DNA of 64,000 bases from Promethearchaeota archaeon Loki_b32 (GTDB lineage: Archaea > Asgardarchaeota > Lokiarchaeia > Sigyniarchaeales > SOKP01): the NCBI GenBank assembly GCA_005223125.1, contig NJBH01000002.1, forward strand, positions 64,001 to 128,000, read 5' to 3'. The notes beneath the pieces are model-generated. The model did not search any database, was not told where the DNA came from, and saw only the letters and a list, made by a program, of their open reading frames with translations. Of this stretch, positions 21,155 through 32,700 are shown one piece after another. A program made the translations under genes and the position numbers. The stretch's first letter is position 1. Each line of letters begins with the position of its first letter.

Positions 21155-22143
21155 TTAGCCATCCCCTCCTCAGATGTTAGGTCATCCTTTATTAGATGAA
21201 TAAATACCTCTTCTAACGATGTTTCTTTTATTTTTAAATCAGAAATCTTTATGTCGTTTTCCTTTGATGTTTGAAATAAGTTTGATATATCCCTTAAAGC
21301 GTTTGTACTAGAGAATACATAATAACCATTTTTATCTTTAACAAGTTTAACTATTTTGGATAAAATTCTTTCTTGTTCACTGGATATCACGCCGTCAATT
21401 TTAAATAGGATTGTTGAAGTAGATTTAAACTGTTCCCGTAGGGTATCTGGACTCTCATCAGCAATGATTTTTCCCTTATTCATGATTAAAATTCTATCGC
21501 ACATATTCTGAGCTTCCCGCATATCATGAGTAGTAATAAGTATTGTTTTACCTTCCTCTTTCAATTTAAGAATTCGGTTTCTCATTAGATTAACAGAAAT
21601 TGGATCTAAACCACTAGTAGGTTCATCAAGAATTAGAATAGGTGGATCATGTAGTAAAGCAAGACAGAGATTTAAGCGTTGTTTAAGTCCTTTTGAAAGT
21701 GTTTTCGTTTTAAAATACATCTTATCTATTAAATTAAATTGAGTTAAAAGTTTTTTTGAGCGTTTTTCAATCTCATCCTTTGAAATTCCATATATCCCAC
21801 CTGAAAACATGAGGTTTTGCCATACACTGTAATCCGAAAACGCATTGCTAATTTCAGGGACGATTCCAAAATTCTTTTTATATTTAGTTGGATTATGTGT
21901 TATATCATCTCCAAAAATTTCTATTTTTGCATTATTTTCTAATTGAAAAACACCCGTTAATAATCGAATTGTTGTGGTTTTACCGGCACCATTAGGACCA
22001 AGAATTCCAACGATTTCACCTTGATTAATTTCAAAAGAAACATCGTTTACAGCAACAAGGGATCCAAATCTTTTAATTAAGTTTATAACCTTAATAGCAA
22101 CTAATTCTGTAATCAAATTTTGATTTTGAGAAATTTCAATCAC
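21151..22143 (-). CDS. ABC exporter ATP-binding protein
   Basis: GPNGAGKTT, LSKGLKQR, LDEPTSGLDP, TTH, SLEEVF. Confidence 0.9.
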   Translation of the reverse strand: MIEISQNQNLITELVAIKVINLIKRFGSLVAVNDVSFEINQGEIVGILGPNGAGKTTTIRLLTGVFQLENNAKIEIFGDDITHNPTKYKKNFGIVPEISNAFSDYSVWQNLMFSGGIYGISKDEIEKRSKKLLTQFNLIDKMYFKTKTLSKGLKQRLNLCLALLHDPPILILDEPTSGLDPISVNLMRNRILKLKEEGKTILITTHDMREAQNMCDRILIMNKGKIIADESPDTLREQFKSTSTILFKIDGVISSEQERILSKIVKLVKDKNGYYVFSSTNALRDISNLFQTSKENDIKISDLKIKETSLEEVFIHLIKDDLTSEEGMAK

Positions 22144-22211
22144 TTAATCTTTTTTGTTATTATGATATTTTAATTAATATGATTAATTAGGAAAAAAAAA
22201 TATATTTTATC

Positions 22212-22225
22212 CTTTACATGTAAAA
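22212..22225. promoter_or_regulatory. Palindromic operator candidate CTTTAC-AT-GTAAAA
   Basis: Upstream of the ABC exporter operon; same motif as 18957-18970. Confidence 0.4.
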
Positions 22226-22293
22226 CTCATTTAAAAGGAATTATATAAATTTCATTATTCATGAAGTACTTAGCTCTTATAATATAAATAATA

Positions 22294-22316
22294 AATAGGA
22301 TGTTGATTCTTTAATA
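22294..22316 (+). repeat. Left 23-bp direct repeat flanking the TA cassette
   Basis: AATAGGATGTTGATTCTTTAATA; 20 of 23 bases match 24189-24211. Confidence 0.65.
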
Positions 22317-22321
22317 GAAAT

Positions 22322-22735
22322 TTAAGGTTCATTTCTTTCGATTTCGTTAATTATGTCGAAATCGCCATCAAAACTGATAATTTTATTAATTTTATTTTCC
22401 AAAGCACTTGCTGCATGAATAGCATCTCTAGGTTGGATATGGTAATTAGCTATCAAATCTTGCGCTCGATTAATAGTTGTTAGTGATAATTTTACTATTC
22501 TCAGGTTTGGAAAAACAAGAAATTTTTTCCCTTTTTCTATAGCGACATGTATGCCAAGAGTTTTCCTTATTATCCAAATAAATTCATCCCAAGTTAAAAC
22601 TGATGTAAATCCTAATTTTTTATTAGTAATTATCTCTTCTAAAAAGTTTTTAGATTTTTTTGCTTCTTGATCTTTATTAATATCATATAAAATTGGATTA
22701 AGAAATATATTTGTATCAATGTAGACTTTTTCCAT
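22322..22735 (-). CDS. vapC: VapC PIN-domain toxin
   Basis: VYIDTNIF, TWDE, PRDAIHAASA, ISFDGDFD. Confidence 0.9.
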   Translation of the reverse strand: MEKVYIDTNIFLNPILYDINKDQEAKKSKNFLEEIITNKKLGFTSVLTWDEFIWIIRKTLGIHVAIEKGKKFLVFPNLRIVKLSLTTINRAQDLIANYHIQPRDAIHAASALENKINKIISFDGDFDIINEIERNEP

Positions 22736-22738
22736 AAT

Positions 22739-22978
22739 TTAATCCTTTGTATATTGCTCGTAGTATAATTTTTTAAAATCTATTTTCTCAGTTAATTTTT
22801 CAGGAGTTTCTAAAAAATCCTTTAAAAATCCTTCCTTATCAGGAGGGAGACTAATTCTTATTTCTTTTTCAATAATCTCTATATAAACTTCACTGCCAGG
22901 TTTAATATTAAGAGCATCTCGTACATCTTTAGGTATAACGACTTGACCTTTTGGACCAACTTTTCTTTTTATTATCAT
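22739..22978 (-). CDS. AbrB/MazE-type antitoxin
   Basis: KVGPKGQVVIPKDVRDALNIKPG; 3 nt upstream of vapC. Confidence 0.9.
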   Translation of the reverse strand: MIIKRKVGPKGQVVIPKDVRDALNIKPGSEVYIEIIEKEIRISLPPDKEGFLKDFLETPEKLTEKIDFKKLYYEQYTKD

Positions 22979-23126
22979 ATTTATCAATTTATAATAGTAT
23001 AAATATTAATTTATACTTTTTCATACTAATAATTCTTACTCTATTATATCTATTTTATTTCCAATAATAAAGAAAAACACTTAAAGAGTTTATTTCAAAT
23101 CATTAGATTTCCTAATTCTCCTAGCA

Positions 23127-23441
23127 TTATTTAAAGAGTTTCTTAGATTGCTCAATTTCAGAGATAATTTCCTCTTTAGATTGGTCCGGAGGATGTATAT
23201 TCTCTCTTTGAACATATTCCATTATTTCATAGAGAGACACATTTGCTTGTGAAGCCGCTTCTTGTAAGCTAACAATACCTTTTTTGTATAAATCTGTCAT
23301 CTGTTTTATTTCATACTCTTTTAACTTTTGTAGTATGAATTTCCTTACAAGAGCTGAACGATCGATATTTTCTTTTTTTGCTATTTTTTCTAATTTTTCT
23401 GCATCTTTATCATCTATTCTAGTACTTATAGTTTTACTCAT
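23127..23441 (-). CDS. UPF0175-family antitoxin with RHH N-terminus
   Basis: TISTRID, DRSALVR, LYKKGIVSLQEAASQANVS. Confidence 0.75.
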   Translation of the reverse strand: MSKTISTRIDDKDAEKLEKIAKKENIDRSALVRKFILQKLKEYEIKQMTDLYKKGIVSLQEAASQANVSLYEIMEYVQRENIHPPDQSKEEIISEIEQSKKLFK

Positions 23442-23940
23442 TTCTTTCTCCCTCATTTGACATTAATTCTAAAAATACTGAGATTCTATTTGCTGAAGTG
23501 CCATTAACACCCTTTAGTTCATTAAGAATGTTGATAAACCTCTTCCTGTCAATAGCTTCTTTCAATAATTGATTATAAAAGAAAGTATCTAATTCCATGA
23601 AAGTCACATTGAAATTTTTAAATTTTTTATTTGCTTTAATGTCTGAACTAATGCAGATACCTTCTTTTTTAGCTAAGATGTAGCAGCTAGTTTCGCCAGG
23701 ATCTCTAAATTTGGATAGATCTGATTTTATGTCTATAGGTATTATGGGGATTTGGTTCTTCTCGAGAAAATCCTTTGCATTATAAGCGTCCGGATATTTA
23801 TTTTCTATACCTTTCTCCACTACTTCATTATATACACTTTTATCAATGACCAAATCATCATCAATCAAATTAATAAAATCTTGCGATAGACCTGTTTTAA
23901 CTAGGTATATAAATGCGTTTGCATCTAATATAAATCTCAT
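23434..23940 (-). CDS. PIN-domain protein (DUF3368-like)
   Basis: ILDANAFI, VYNEVV, DPGE, SSD; overlaps the UPF0175 gene. Confidence 0.78.
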   Translation of the reverse strand: MRFILDANAFIYLVKTGLSQDFINLIDDDLVIDKSVYNEVVEKGIENKYPDAYNAKDFLEKNQIPIIPIDIKSDLSKFRDPGETSCYILAKKEGICISSDIKANKKFKNFNVTFMELDTFFYNQLLKEAIDRKRFINILNELKGVNGTSANRISVFLELMSNEGERNE

Positions 23941-24188
23941 ATATGAATTATATACAAATGATCATATATAAATTTGGTTTGAATACAATTTTAAAGTTTC
24001 ATGGTATCTCTCTAGGACTAGAAATAATGTATTTCGAAGATGATATTTTTAGGAGATGATAAAAAGAATTAATCTTCCCTGAGTAAGACAATAAAGTTTA
24101 TCAGTTTTATACTGATAAATCCTTATTTTAACTCCTGCTAAATCTAAGCCAAGCTCTCCCTTATATCCTATATTTTAAATTTGTTAAT

Positions 24189-24211
24189 AATAGGATGTTG
24201 GTTGCTTAATA
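24189..24211 (+). repeat. Right 23-bp direct repeat flanking the TA cassette
   Basis: AATAGGATGTTGGTTGCTTAATA. Confidence 0.65.
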
Positions 24212-24299
24212 TAAATATTAAAAATTTAAACTCCTTTACCTTTTTTATATTAGAAGAAACTCATTTTTTTAAAGGAAATTAATTTAGAGAGAGAAAAGA

Positions 24300-25631
24300 T
24301 TGGTAAGACCACCAACAGAAAAAAATATTTGTCTTCGATGTAAGGGAGCAAGATTATTATGTGGGAAGAAAACATGCCCAATCTTATTAAAAAAGTCTGT
24401 AATGAAATCTTTAGTCCCTTTTGAGTTGGATAAGACAAGAAGGGATGTTGAAATCTTTGGTGCGAGCCCACCTGGCTTTTTTGTTGGCCATTTCAATTAT
24501 CCAAATGTCTATCTTGGACCGTTAGTGCCATTTCAAGAATTTGAAACCGGACTTGAGATTTCAGATTACCATTTACTTGATGCTCCTGAACTTTGGTTTG
24601 GAAAGTCAATCGTTGAGGTGGTAAGGTATCGATCTAGTTTAGTGCGAAGTAATTTCAAAATAAATGTAAATATAAGTCAAAAGTCAAAGAAAAATACTCC
24701 TTCATTAAAAACACAAAAATTACTAGAAACATCTCAAGAATTATCTATGGCTGCTCGTCCTGTAGATACTGAAACAAAATTGGAAAGGATGAATCTCAGA
24801 ATGATAATGGATAATCATGCTTTACCCATGGGCCCTTCTGGTATAACTGAAAAGATAAAGATAACAGAAAATACTAAAGTTCACCCTCAAGTGGATTATT
24901 GTGTTTCAGATACAGATTTAAAAGCATCTGAAGCCGTTTCAGAAAATCTTTATTTTAAAGGACACGTTCCAGAATCAACAATTAAAAGAGTATTTTCAGC
25001 GGGACTACTTGGTGAAGAAAAAAGACGAAAAATAGTCCCAACAAGATGGGCTATAACTGCTGTTGATGATATTATTTCAAAAGCCTTAATTAAAGAGATA
25101 AAACAATTTCCAGAAATTAATGATTACCAGATTTTTGAGGCTACATATCTTGATAATCATTTCAAAATTCTACTTTTTCCTGGGAAATTCATTTATGAAA
25201 TGAATGAAGTGTGGGCACCAAATACTTTATGGAATATTTCTCTTGATGGGAGAAATCGTAATTTGAAACCACAAATAATGACTGATTTTGAATTTTATAG
25301 AGGGAGAAAATCTTATGCAAACAATATCACAGGCGCGTATTATGCGGCAAGAAAATCTGTATGTGAATATCTCTATAAAATCAAGAGACAAGCAAGAGTC
25401 CTCATATTCCGAGAAGTCTCTGGGGGTTATATTGTCCCACTTGGCGTTTGGGTAATACGAGAGACTGTTAATAATGCTATGTGGACCAGTCAACCAATCA
25501 TTCTAGATAATTTTAATGATTCAATGAAAATTATGGCAGAGGGGTTCATGGTCGATTATAAATATTGGAAAGCAAGCAGTAAATTAATTAATTTCATTAA
25601 AACCCAAAAAACCATTGATACTTTTCTATAA
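24300..25631 (+). CDS. nreA: Nre family DNA repair protein
   Basis: CLRCKG..LLCG..CP zinc motif, SPP.FVG...YP, VPTRWAITAVD, PLGVW.IRE, C-terminal PIP box QKTIDTF. Confidence 0.92.
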   Translation: MVRPPTEKNICLRCKGARLLCGKKTCPILLKKSVMKSLVPFELDKTRRDVEIFGASPPGFFVGHFNYPNVYLGPLVPFQEFETGLEISDYHLLDAPELWFGKSIVEVVRYRSSLVRSNFKINVNISQKSKKNTPSLKTQKLLETSQELSMAARPVDTETKLERMNLRMIMDNHALPMGPSGITEKIKITENTKVHPQVDYCVSDTDLKASEAVSENLYFKGHVPESTIKRVFSAGLLGEEKRRKIVPTRWAITAVDDIISKALIKEIKQFPEINDYQIFEATYLDNHFKILLFPGKFIYEMNEVWAPNTLWNISLDGRNRNLKPQIMTDFEFYRGRKSYANNITGAYYAARKSVCEYLYKIKRQARVLIFREVSGGYIVPLGVWVIRETVNNAMWTSQPIILDNFNDSMKIMAEGFMVDYKYWKASSKLINFIKTQKTIDTFL

Positions 25632-25684
25632 CTCCTCTAGAGAATGAGCATTAATTTCTTAAGCAATAGAGAGTAAAATTTATT

Positions 25685-26542
25685 ATGATTATTGATATGC
25701 ATGTTCATCCCTTTTGTAAAGAGGCTCATTGGGGAGAAGATATAAACAAAATTGCTGAAAAATTACTTGGAAAAGTAAAAACTGGTAGAAGGAGATTGTT
25801 TAAATTTTTTGAAGTAATGAAAGATAAAATCTCTATAGATGATTATGTTTCTACGATGAACAAGTATGAAATTGATAAAGCAGTTATAGTTTCTTTTAAT
25901 TTAATAAGTGCTTATGATATATGTTTAGTTAATAATGAAGATCTAGCGAATTTTGTGAAGAGATATCCAAATCGACTGATAGGTTATGCAGGGATAGATT
26001 TTCCTGCTCATAATGTTTTAGAACAACTTGAATATGCAATCGTATCATTAGGACTTAAAGGAGTAAAGGCTGCTCCACCTGTACAAAAATTCGATATTTC
26101 TGACAAAAAACTTGATCCTTTATGGCGTAAAATGATTGATTTAAACGTCCCGTTATGGACACATACAGCTGACGCAAGAACAGTTATAGGATCAATTACT
26201 AAATATGGACATCCAATGCTTATTGATGAATTAGCAACGAGACATCAAGATTTAACTATTATTATGGGGCATATGGGTATTCCTTGGTTCTGGGAAGCGA
26301 TATCTGTTGTTTTAAGGCATCCAAATGTGTATATTGATATTTCTAACCATCCAATTTATTATAAGTATTTTCCTTGGGATGTTTTTACAGCGGAAGGCTC
26401 AGAAAACAAGTTATTATATGCAAGCGACCATCCCCTGATTAACTGGAATGAGATATTACCCGCAGTGAAAAAATTACCGATTTCAGAAGGATTCCGGAAG
26501 TTAATTTTATATGAAAATGCTAAAAAACTATTAAAAATTTAA
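25685..26542 (+). CDS. Amidohydrolase family protein
   Basis: IDMHVH, HT, GHMG.PW, NVYIDIS, YASDHP. Confidence 0.88.
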   Translation: MIIDMHVHPFCKEAHWGEDINKIAEKLLGKVKTGRRRLFKFFEVMKDKISIDDYVSTMNKYEIDKAVIVSFNLISAYDICLVNNEDLANFVKRYPNRLIGYAGIDFPAHNVLEQLEYAIVSLGLKGVKAAPPVQKFDISDKKLDPLWRKMIDLNVPLWTHTADARTVIGSITKYGHPMLIDELATRHQDLTIIMGHMGIPWFWEAISVVLRHPNVYIDISNHPIYYKYFPWDVFTAEGSENKLLYASDHPLINWNEILPAVKKLPISEGFRKLILYENAKKLLKI

Positions 26543-26567
26543 AATCTAAACTTTTAAATGGTGTACC

Positions 26568-27458
26568 ATGATTTGGAAAACACAAATTACTAAGTTAACT
26601 AAAACAAAATATCCTCTTATTATGGCAGCATTTGCCGGATTAGGCAAAACTAAATTCGCTGCTTCATTTTCTAATGCAGGAGGTCTTGGAATAATAACAG
26701 CTTTGAATTATAACATTAATAACTTTAAAAAAGAATTAGAAAAAATGTATGAACTAACTGATAAACCTTTTGGAGTTAATCTCACAGTTGTTCCCCCAGG
26801 AGTTCGGTTTGGAAATAATAATATTACAAATGATGATTATCTAAATTATTTAGAAGTTGCGTTGAATAAAGGTGTAAACATTTTTACAACCTCCGCTTAT
26901 CAAGCTTCCTTTCTTGGAGAAAGGATACATGAAGCAGGCTGTTATTGGTTTCATAAATGTGCATTAATAAGACATGCAATATCCGCTGAGAAAGCAGGAG
27001 CAGATGCAGTAACACTAATCGGAATGGAAGCTGCGGGATTCAAAAATCCGTACCAACATACAACTTTAGTGAATATAACGATGGCTAAAAAGTTATTAAA
27101 TATTCCTGTAATTGCTGCGGGAGGAATCGGGGATGCACGAGGTTTTCTTGGGGCTTTAGCTATGGGTGCGGAAGCTGTTTGTTTAGGAACCGCAATATTA
27201 ACAACAACAGAAAGCCCCCTTTCGGTAGAAATGAAAGAGAAATGGATGAATACAGATATCTTCAACGAGGATTATCATAAAGGACTTTATCACTTAACTT
27301 TAGGACCTACGAGAGTACCATCGTCAGCAATAGGATTCCAGAAGAAGATAATTCCGTTAAAAATTTTCATTGAAAGTCTAATGAACAACGTAGAAGATAT
27401 TTTAAAATCATGGGGTTTTACAAAAGGGGAATTTAATTCCTTAAAAAATAAAATTTAA
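26568..27458 (+). CDS. Nitronate monooxygenase / FabK-like flavoenzyme
   Basis: SNAGGLG, PFGVN, PVIAAGGIGD.RG, GAEAV.LGT. Confidence 0.85.
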   Translation: MIWKTQITKLTKTKYPLIMAAFAGLGKTKFAASFSNAGGLGIITALNYNINNFKKELEKMYELTDKPFGVNLTVVPPGVRFGNNNITNDDYLNYLEVALNKGVNIFTTSAYQASFLGERIHEAGCYWFHKCALIRHAISAEKAGADAVTLIGMEAAGFKNPYQHTTLVNITMAKKLLNIPVIAAGGIGDARGFLGALAMGAEAVCLGTAILTTTESPLSVEMKEKWMNTDIFNEDYHKGLYHLTLGPTRVPSSAIGFQKKIIPLKIFIESLMNNVEDILKSWGFTKGEFNSLKNKI

Positions 27459-27687
27459 CGAATTCTTGTTTTAAAACCAGCACACATTAAGGTTTTTTTT
27501 CTCACTTATTGAATGCTCTGATTTTGAAGAATATGCTGAAAGATGTGCTGTTAAATTATTAATTTTAGGATGATGGAAATTGATTTTGAAAAGATTAGTC
27601 ATTCCTTAAAATTTATAAATAAATAGTTAATTTTATTCCTCTAATTTAACATTAAAAAAGAGAATTAAAATAAAGTGAATAAGTGAT

Positions 27688-28896
27688 ATGTCTTCTAAAT
27701 CAATAGTATATTGGGCAAGCCCATATGAAATGATGGGATTACCTGACTCCAAAAGCAATATGATAACTAATAATTTAGTAAAAACTCGATTTATATTAGA
27801 TAAAGTTTTGGATAACATCAATCCTGAAGATAAAGTTGGGATTAAGATCCATCCAGGAAACGCATATAATACACACTATTTACGCCATGATTATGTTCGT
27901 GAAGTTGTAAAGGCTGTGAAAGCAAAAGGTGGAATTCCTACTCTTATCGAGACTCAAGGATTGGGGATGTACAGCTATCAAATAAACATGTCTGAGAATT
28001 ATACAATTTGTCTTGATTGTAGAACTAATGCAGATGATCATGAAAAAATAGCCCATCTTCATGGATATTCTGAATCTATAGTTGGAGCACCATTGAAATT
28101 TCTTGATGGTGATAAAGGGATAGAAAGCAGAAATGTAAAAATAGATGGAATTCATTTAAAAGAGGTTGCTGTAGCTGCAGGCCTTTTTGAATATGATAAG
28201 ATTATAGTTGTATCTCACTTTAAAGGACATCCGCAAGCCGCTTTTGGAGGGGCTTTAAAGCAGCTTGGAGTTGGATGCGTGGCAAAAAAAAATAAATTTG
28301 TACTTCATTATTTAGATGATTTGAGTATAAATAATAGAAACTGTAATATATCTAAATGTGCACAAGAATGTATCTCTGAATGTCCAGTAAATGCTATAAA
28401 AATTGAAGGAGAATCTGCGGTCATAGATATCTCGTTATGTGTAGGGTGTACAGCGTGTTTTAAAAAATGTCCTATAAAGAGAGCAATAAAAAGAAAATTC
28501 AACATGACAGATATTAAGGGATTAACCGAAAAAGCAATGGATAATGCAGCTGCTGTTGTTAATTCCTATGGTCCTGATAAAATTCGTTATATTAATTTTG
28601 CTTTTGACATACCTCTAATGTGCGATTGTGTTGTTAATGCTAGTGCACCTGTCGTCCCTGATCTTGGTATTTTTGGGTCGTCTGATCCTATTGCGATTGA
28701 TAAAGCATGTCTTGATGCGGAGACCAACGCTCCAAGCCTTCCATTTCTAGATATGAAAGGCCAATGGACTCAACCAATTAAACCAGGTATAGAGAAATTT
28801 AAAGCATTAAATCCTATGGTTGATACAACATGGCAGATTAATGCAGCAGTAAAAAATAAACTTGGATCTATCGACTATGAGTTGGTAAAAATATAA
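27688..28896 (+). CDS. DUF362 domain Fe-S protein
   Basis: IKIH.G, SHFKGH...FGGALK.LG.GC, ferredoxin cysteines, CDC, SSDPIAID.A. Confidence 0.85.
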   Translation: MSSKSIVYWASPYEMMGLPDSKSNMITNNLVKTRFILDKVLDNINPEDKVGIKIHPGNAYNTHYLRHDYVREVVKAVKAKGGIPTLIETQGLGMYSYQINMSENYTICLDCRTNADDHEKIAHLHGYSESIVGAPLKFLDGDKGIESRNVKIDGIHLKEVAVAAGLFEYDKIIVVSHFKGHPQAAFGGALKQLGVGCVAKKNKFVLHYLDDLSINNRNCNISKCAQECISECPVNAIKIEGESAVIDISLCVGCTACFKKCPIKRAIKRKFNMTDIKGLTEKAMDNAAAVVNSYGPDKIRYINFAFDIPLMCDCVVNASAPVVPDLGIFGSSDPIAIDKACLDAETNAPSLPFLDMKGQWTQPIKPGIEKFKALNPMVDTTWQINAAVKNKLGSIDYELVKI

Positions 28897-29003
28897 CTAA
28901 TATAAAATTTTTTTTTAATTTTTGTTTCGTATCCTAATTATCAATAATATTGATAAGATATGGACATTTAATATTTTGCATATAAAATTTTATTTAAATA
29001 CTA

Positions 29004-29552
29004 TTGAAATATTCTAAGGTTAGTTTAATGAATAGTGTAATTGAAGGAGACGAAAAAAAGTCATTAGGTTTTGAAGAAAGAAGTATCAGCATTAAAATTG
29101 CATTAATTTCTATTACAGCAGCTTTATATATTGCATTAGGTTATATTTTCCAACCAATAAGTTTTTTAGCATTACAATTTCGCGTAGCAGAACTAATAGT
29201 GGGAATGTGCATTATTTTTCCTTTTGAAGGATTAGTTGGTAATGTTATAGGAGTATTTTTTGTTAATTTAACCTCACCTTTAGGTCATATTGATTTAATT
29301 AGTTGTATAGTGAATATACCTGCCCTATATTGTATTATCTTCTTTAGAGATAAAGGTTATTTCAAATATTTAGGTGGATTATTGTATGCAATTATTATCT
29401 CTTTATATGTGGCGATTGTATTAAAAATTGTTTTAAATTTACCAATTTGGATAAATTTTCTTTATGTATTAGTTCCCGAAGTTATCTTAGCAACAATAGG
29501 GATAATTTTGTTTGATATTATCAAAACCCAATTTAATTTTGACTATTCTTAA
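29004..29552 (+). CDS. QueT-family ECF transporter substrate component
   Basis: AALY..L...PISF..LQFRVAE, NL.SPLG..D. Confidence 0.75.
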   Translation: MKYSKVSLMNSVIEGDEKKSLGFEERSISIKIALISITAALYIALGYIFQPISFLALQFRVAELIVGMCIIFPFEGLVGNVIGVFFVNLTSPLGHIDLISCIVNIPALYCIIFFRDKGYFKYLGGLLYAIIISLYVAIVLKIVLNLPIWINFLYVLVPEVILATIGIILFDIIKTQFNFDYS

Positions 29553-29752
29553 TTTGCACTTAAGATAAGATCAAGCAATATAACTAATTCTATTTTCTTT
29601 AATAAGAAATTCAAAACATAATGTGAATTAATAGATCTAATTCAGAAAATAGCCTATTTGTTAATAATTTACTCAAAATAAAGCAATAAGTCATTATATG
29701 ATGTACTTTCTGTTCTATTAGAAAAACTAATTTTAAAAGGAAAATCTTTCAT

Positions 29753-32700
29753 ATGTTACTAAAATATTTTTTTTCTCTAATTAAAAAAAAAAATTTTAAG
29801 TGGAAGATTTTAATGAAATTTTTCAAATACAAGACTTTTTTGGCACTAATTCTAATAATGAACCTCATTTTGCCAATCTATATTATAATGCCCTTTTACA
29901 TGAATAAAAATCATCAACTAAATGAATCCTTTGATATATCTTCTCAAGCTGTTGACCGTTCCGGGAAAATTTTCGATAATATTACAAGATTTAGTAAAAA
30001 TTGTTTTATTAATAGAGAACAACCAAGTTTAAACGAGCAACCAAGTGTTAATATTCCCAATTATAATATTTCGTATGCTGAGATGTCTTTTGAGAATATA
30101 ACTGCCGTAAATTATACAAGATCTATTGAAAGCGACTTCTCAGAATTTATTTTTAGCTCTCAGAATGGTCCTACTTGTGTATATCAAAAATTTGCTGTAG
30201 AGATGAATCAATACGTTAACAATGTGAGTATCCTTATCCAAGATATTAATAATCCAAGTTCATTTACAGATGAAAATTCATGGGAAGTAAGTATTGTGAA
30301 TTGTCTAAGCGATTCAGTTGGTACTCCTAATTCTTTTTCTAATGGAACCTTAGGTTCATTGCAAAAACCTCATCCCATAACCTATGCTGCTCATTGGGAA
30401 GTTTTTGATTTTAAAAATGATGGTACAGGTCCTATTTTCTTAAATACATCGAATACAAAAATGACTAATGATGGAAGATATTGGTTTGCCTTTAGAATTA
30501 AGATCCCTCAAGATGATTCTTATTTTGATGGCGGTCCAAAATTCCTTTATTTTAATCCGGATGACGATGATATAGGAGAAGGTGATATATATGCTATATC
30601 TCCCGACTTTTCTTATGATGCTTATACAATAAATGATGTAAATGTGTCAGAAGTAACAAGCGGAATATATATAAAAGGTGATCTTGACTCGTTCAAATAT
30701 AGTGATGAAGATAGATATTTAACAACTGATTCTAATAATGTAACCATAGACCTAAAAGTACATTTAGATAATTTGAAAAACTCACCTTTTAATTACACCG
30801 AGTTATTGATTCTTCACAAATTGCTTAACTGGCCTTTTGACCATTATAAGTATATTTTTAGTTTTGATTTTTATCTTATAGTAAATGTTTCTGATATCTC
30901 TCGGATAAAAAACGCTACTCTTTCAATATATAATTATAAAAGTCTAGGATGGGTAACTCTTCCGTATGATATTATACAAGAAAATGAAACAATGATTTAT
31001 ATTTCTATAAGAAATCCTTGGGAAAAAATAGAGATATTGAGATATATGGATAATTTAGCTAGCATTAATAATACTCTTAGATTTCAACTTGAATATATTG
31101 GAAATGGTCTTGGCGATTTCAATATATCTATTAATCATTTTAAAGTTGAAGTTGGTGAGATAGAAAATCTTCGGACAATTCAACGTCATGATCCATTAGT
31201 TCAAGAATTAGCCTTTCCTAGCAATATAGGAATTGTTAACGGGAGCACCGCAAGTTTCGGAGATCAAACATTAGATTCTTTAGAAGCGAATGATGATGAT
31301 TATTATCAAGCACAAGCTCTTACAAATAATCTAACCTTTTTTATGACTTTTAATGTATTAAATAATATGGATAGTTCTTTATGGGATGTGGATTATTATG
31401 ATTGGTTAGTCTCTTATCCAAATCCAGCTATTCCTTTAATGGACATACGTATCAGCTCAAATGTTAGTAAACCTGAAAATCTTGAATATGCTATATTAGC
31501 GTTACATAAAGGTAACGCTACATTTGATATTCTTGAACCCGATGCTAATAAAGCTGAATGGATTATTTTGAGTAGACCTAGAGAATTTGCTCTTATGAAT
31601 GAAACTACAACAATACTTCATTATGATGCTGGTTTCACATGGATCTTTCTTAATTTACTAAATGAATCAAGAAACAATGAAATTAATCTTGTATTGTTTT
31701 ATTATACAAACGAATCATCTGATCATGGATTTATTGTTTCTATTAATGAATTTAGCTTAAATTTCTATATTCAAAATGCCATACCTTCCGACATCTCATC
31801 TTCTATAGGATTGGGAATAAATAGCAATGCATTAACTCCCTCTGATATAAGATTACAAAATTTTGGTATAGATATAGGTGATACAGGAATAGGGAGCGGA
31901 TTTTGGGAGGGTGATATAGATAACGCTGTTTTTCCTCAAGGAATATTTGAATTCAATATTACTTCTTTATGGCATTCTATAAGATTTGATGTAAACGGTA
32001 CATATGAAATTTTCAAAATAGAACCGATTTTAGAATTTGTAGAAACCCCTGCTTCTCAATATATGACTGGAACTACCTTTATTTCTGTATTAATAACGGG
32101 ATATGGAGGAAAACCATTAGAAAATTTTGAGATAATATTTGAGGTACTAAATTCTAATGGTATCACTATTTATGAGGCCTCTTCAATATCTAATGAGGAA
32201 GGTATCGCAACTGTAACAATACAGTTTGAAAGTACGGGAGAAAGATATTCGATTCAGGCAGAATTTGCTGAATCAGGATTTTATGCAAGTGTCGCAATCG
32301 TTTCTGGATATATCCGAGTAGTGAATGAATTTATTCTATTTATGGATGAATTCCTAAACGTTTTACCATACATAATTATAGGTGCTCTTGCAATTGCTTC
32401 ATATGTCACTGTGAGAAAAGTTAAACATGGAAAACAAAGGAAATTCTGGGCAAGTGAAGCAAAGATTTTAGATGATTTGGTAAAAATCGCTCATTTTATG
32501 ATTATCCATAAAGACGTGGGTGTCTCGATATATAATAAGCAAATCTCACTTGAAGGTATTGATTCAGATCTTATCTCTGGGTTCCTCCAAGCAATTTCAC
32601 ATTTTAGGAGTGAGATTAAAAAAGACTCCACTGCTGCTGAAGGGAAAGGATTTGAAATGGATTACGGAGACTTTAAAATTGTTATTACCGATGGAAACTA

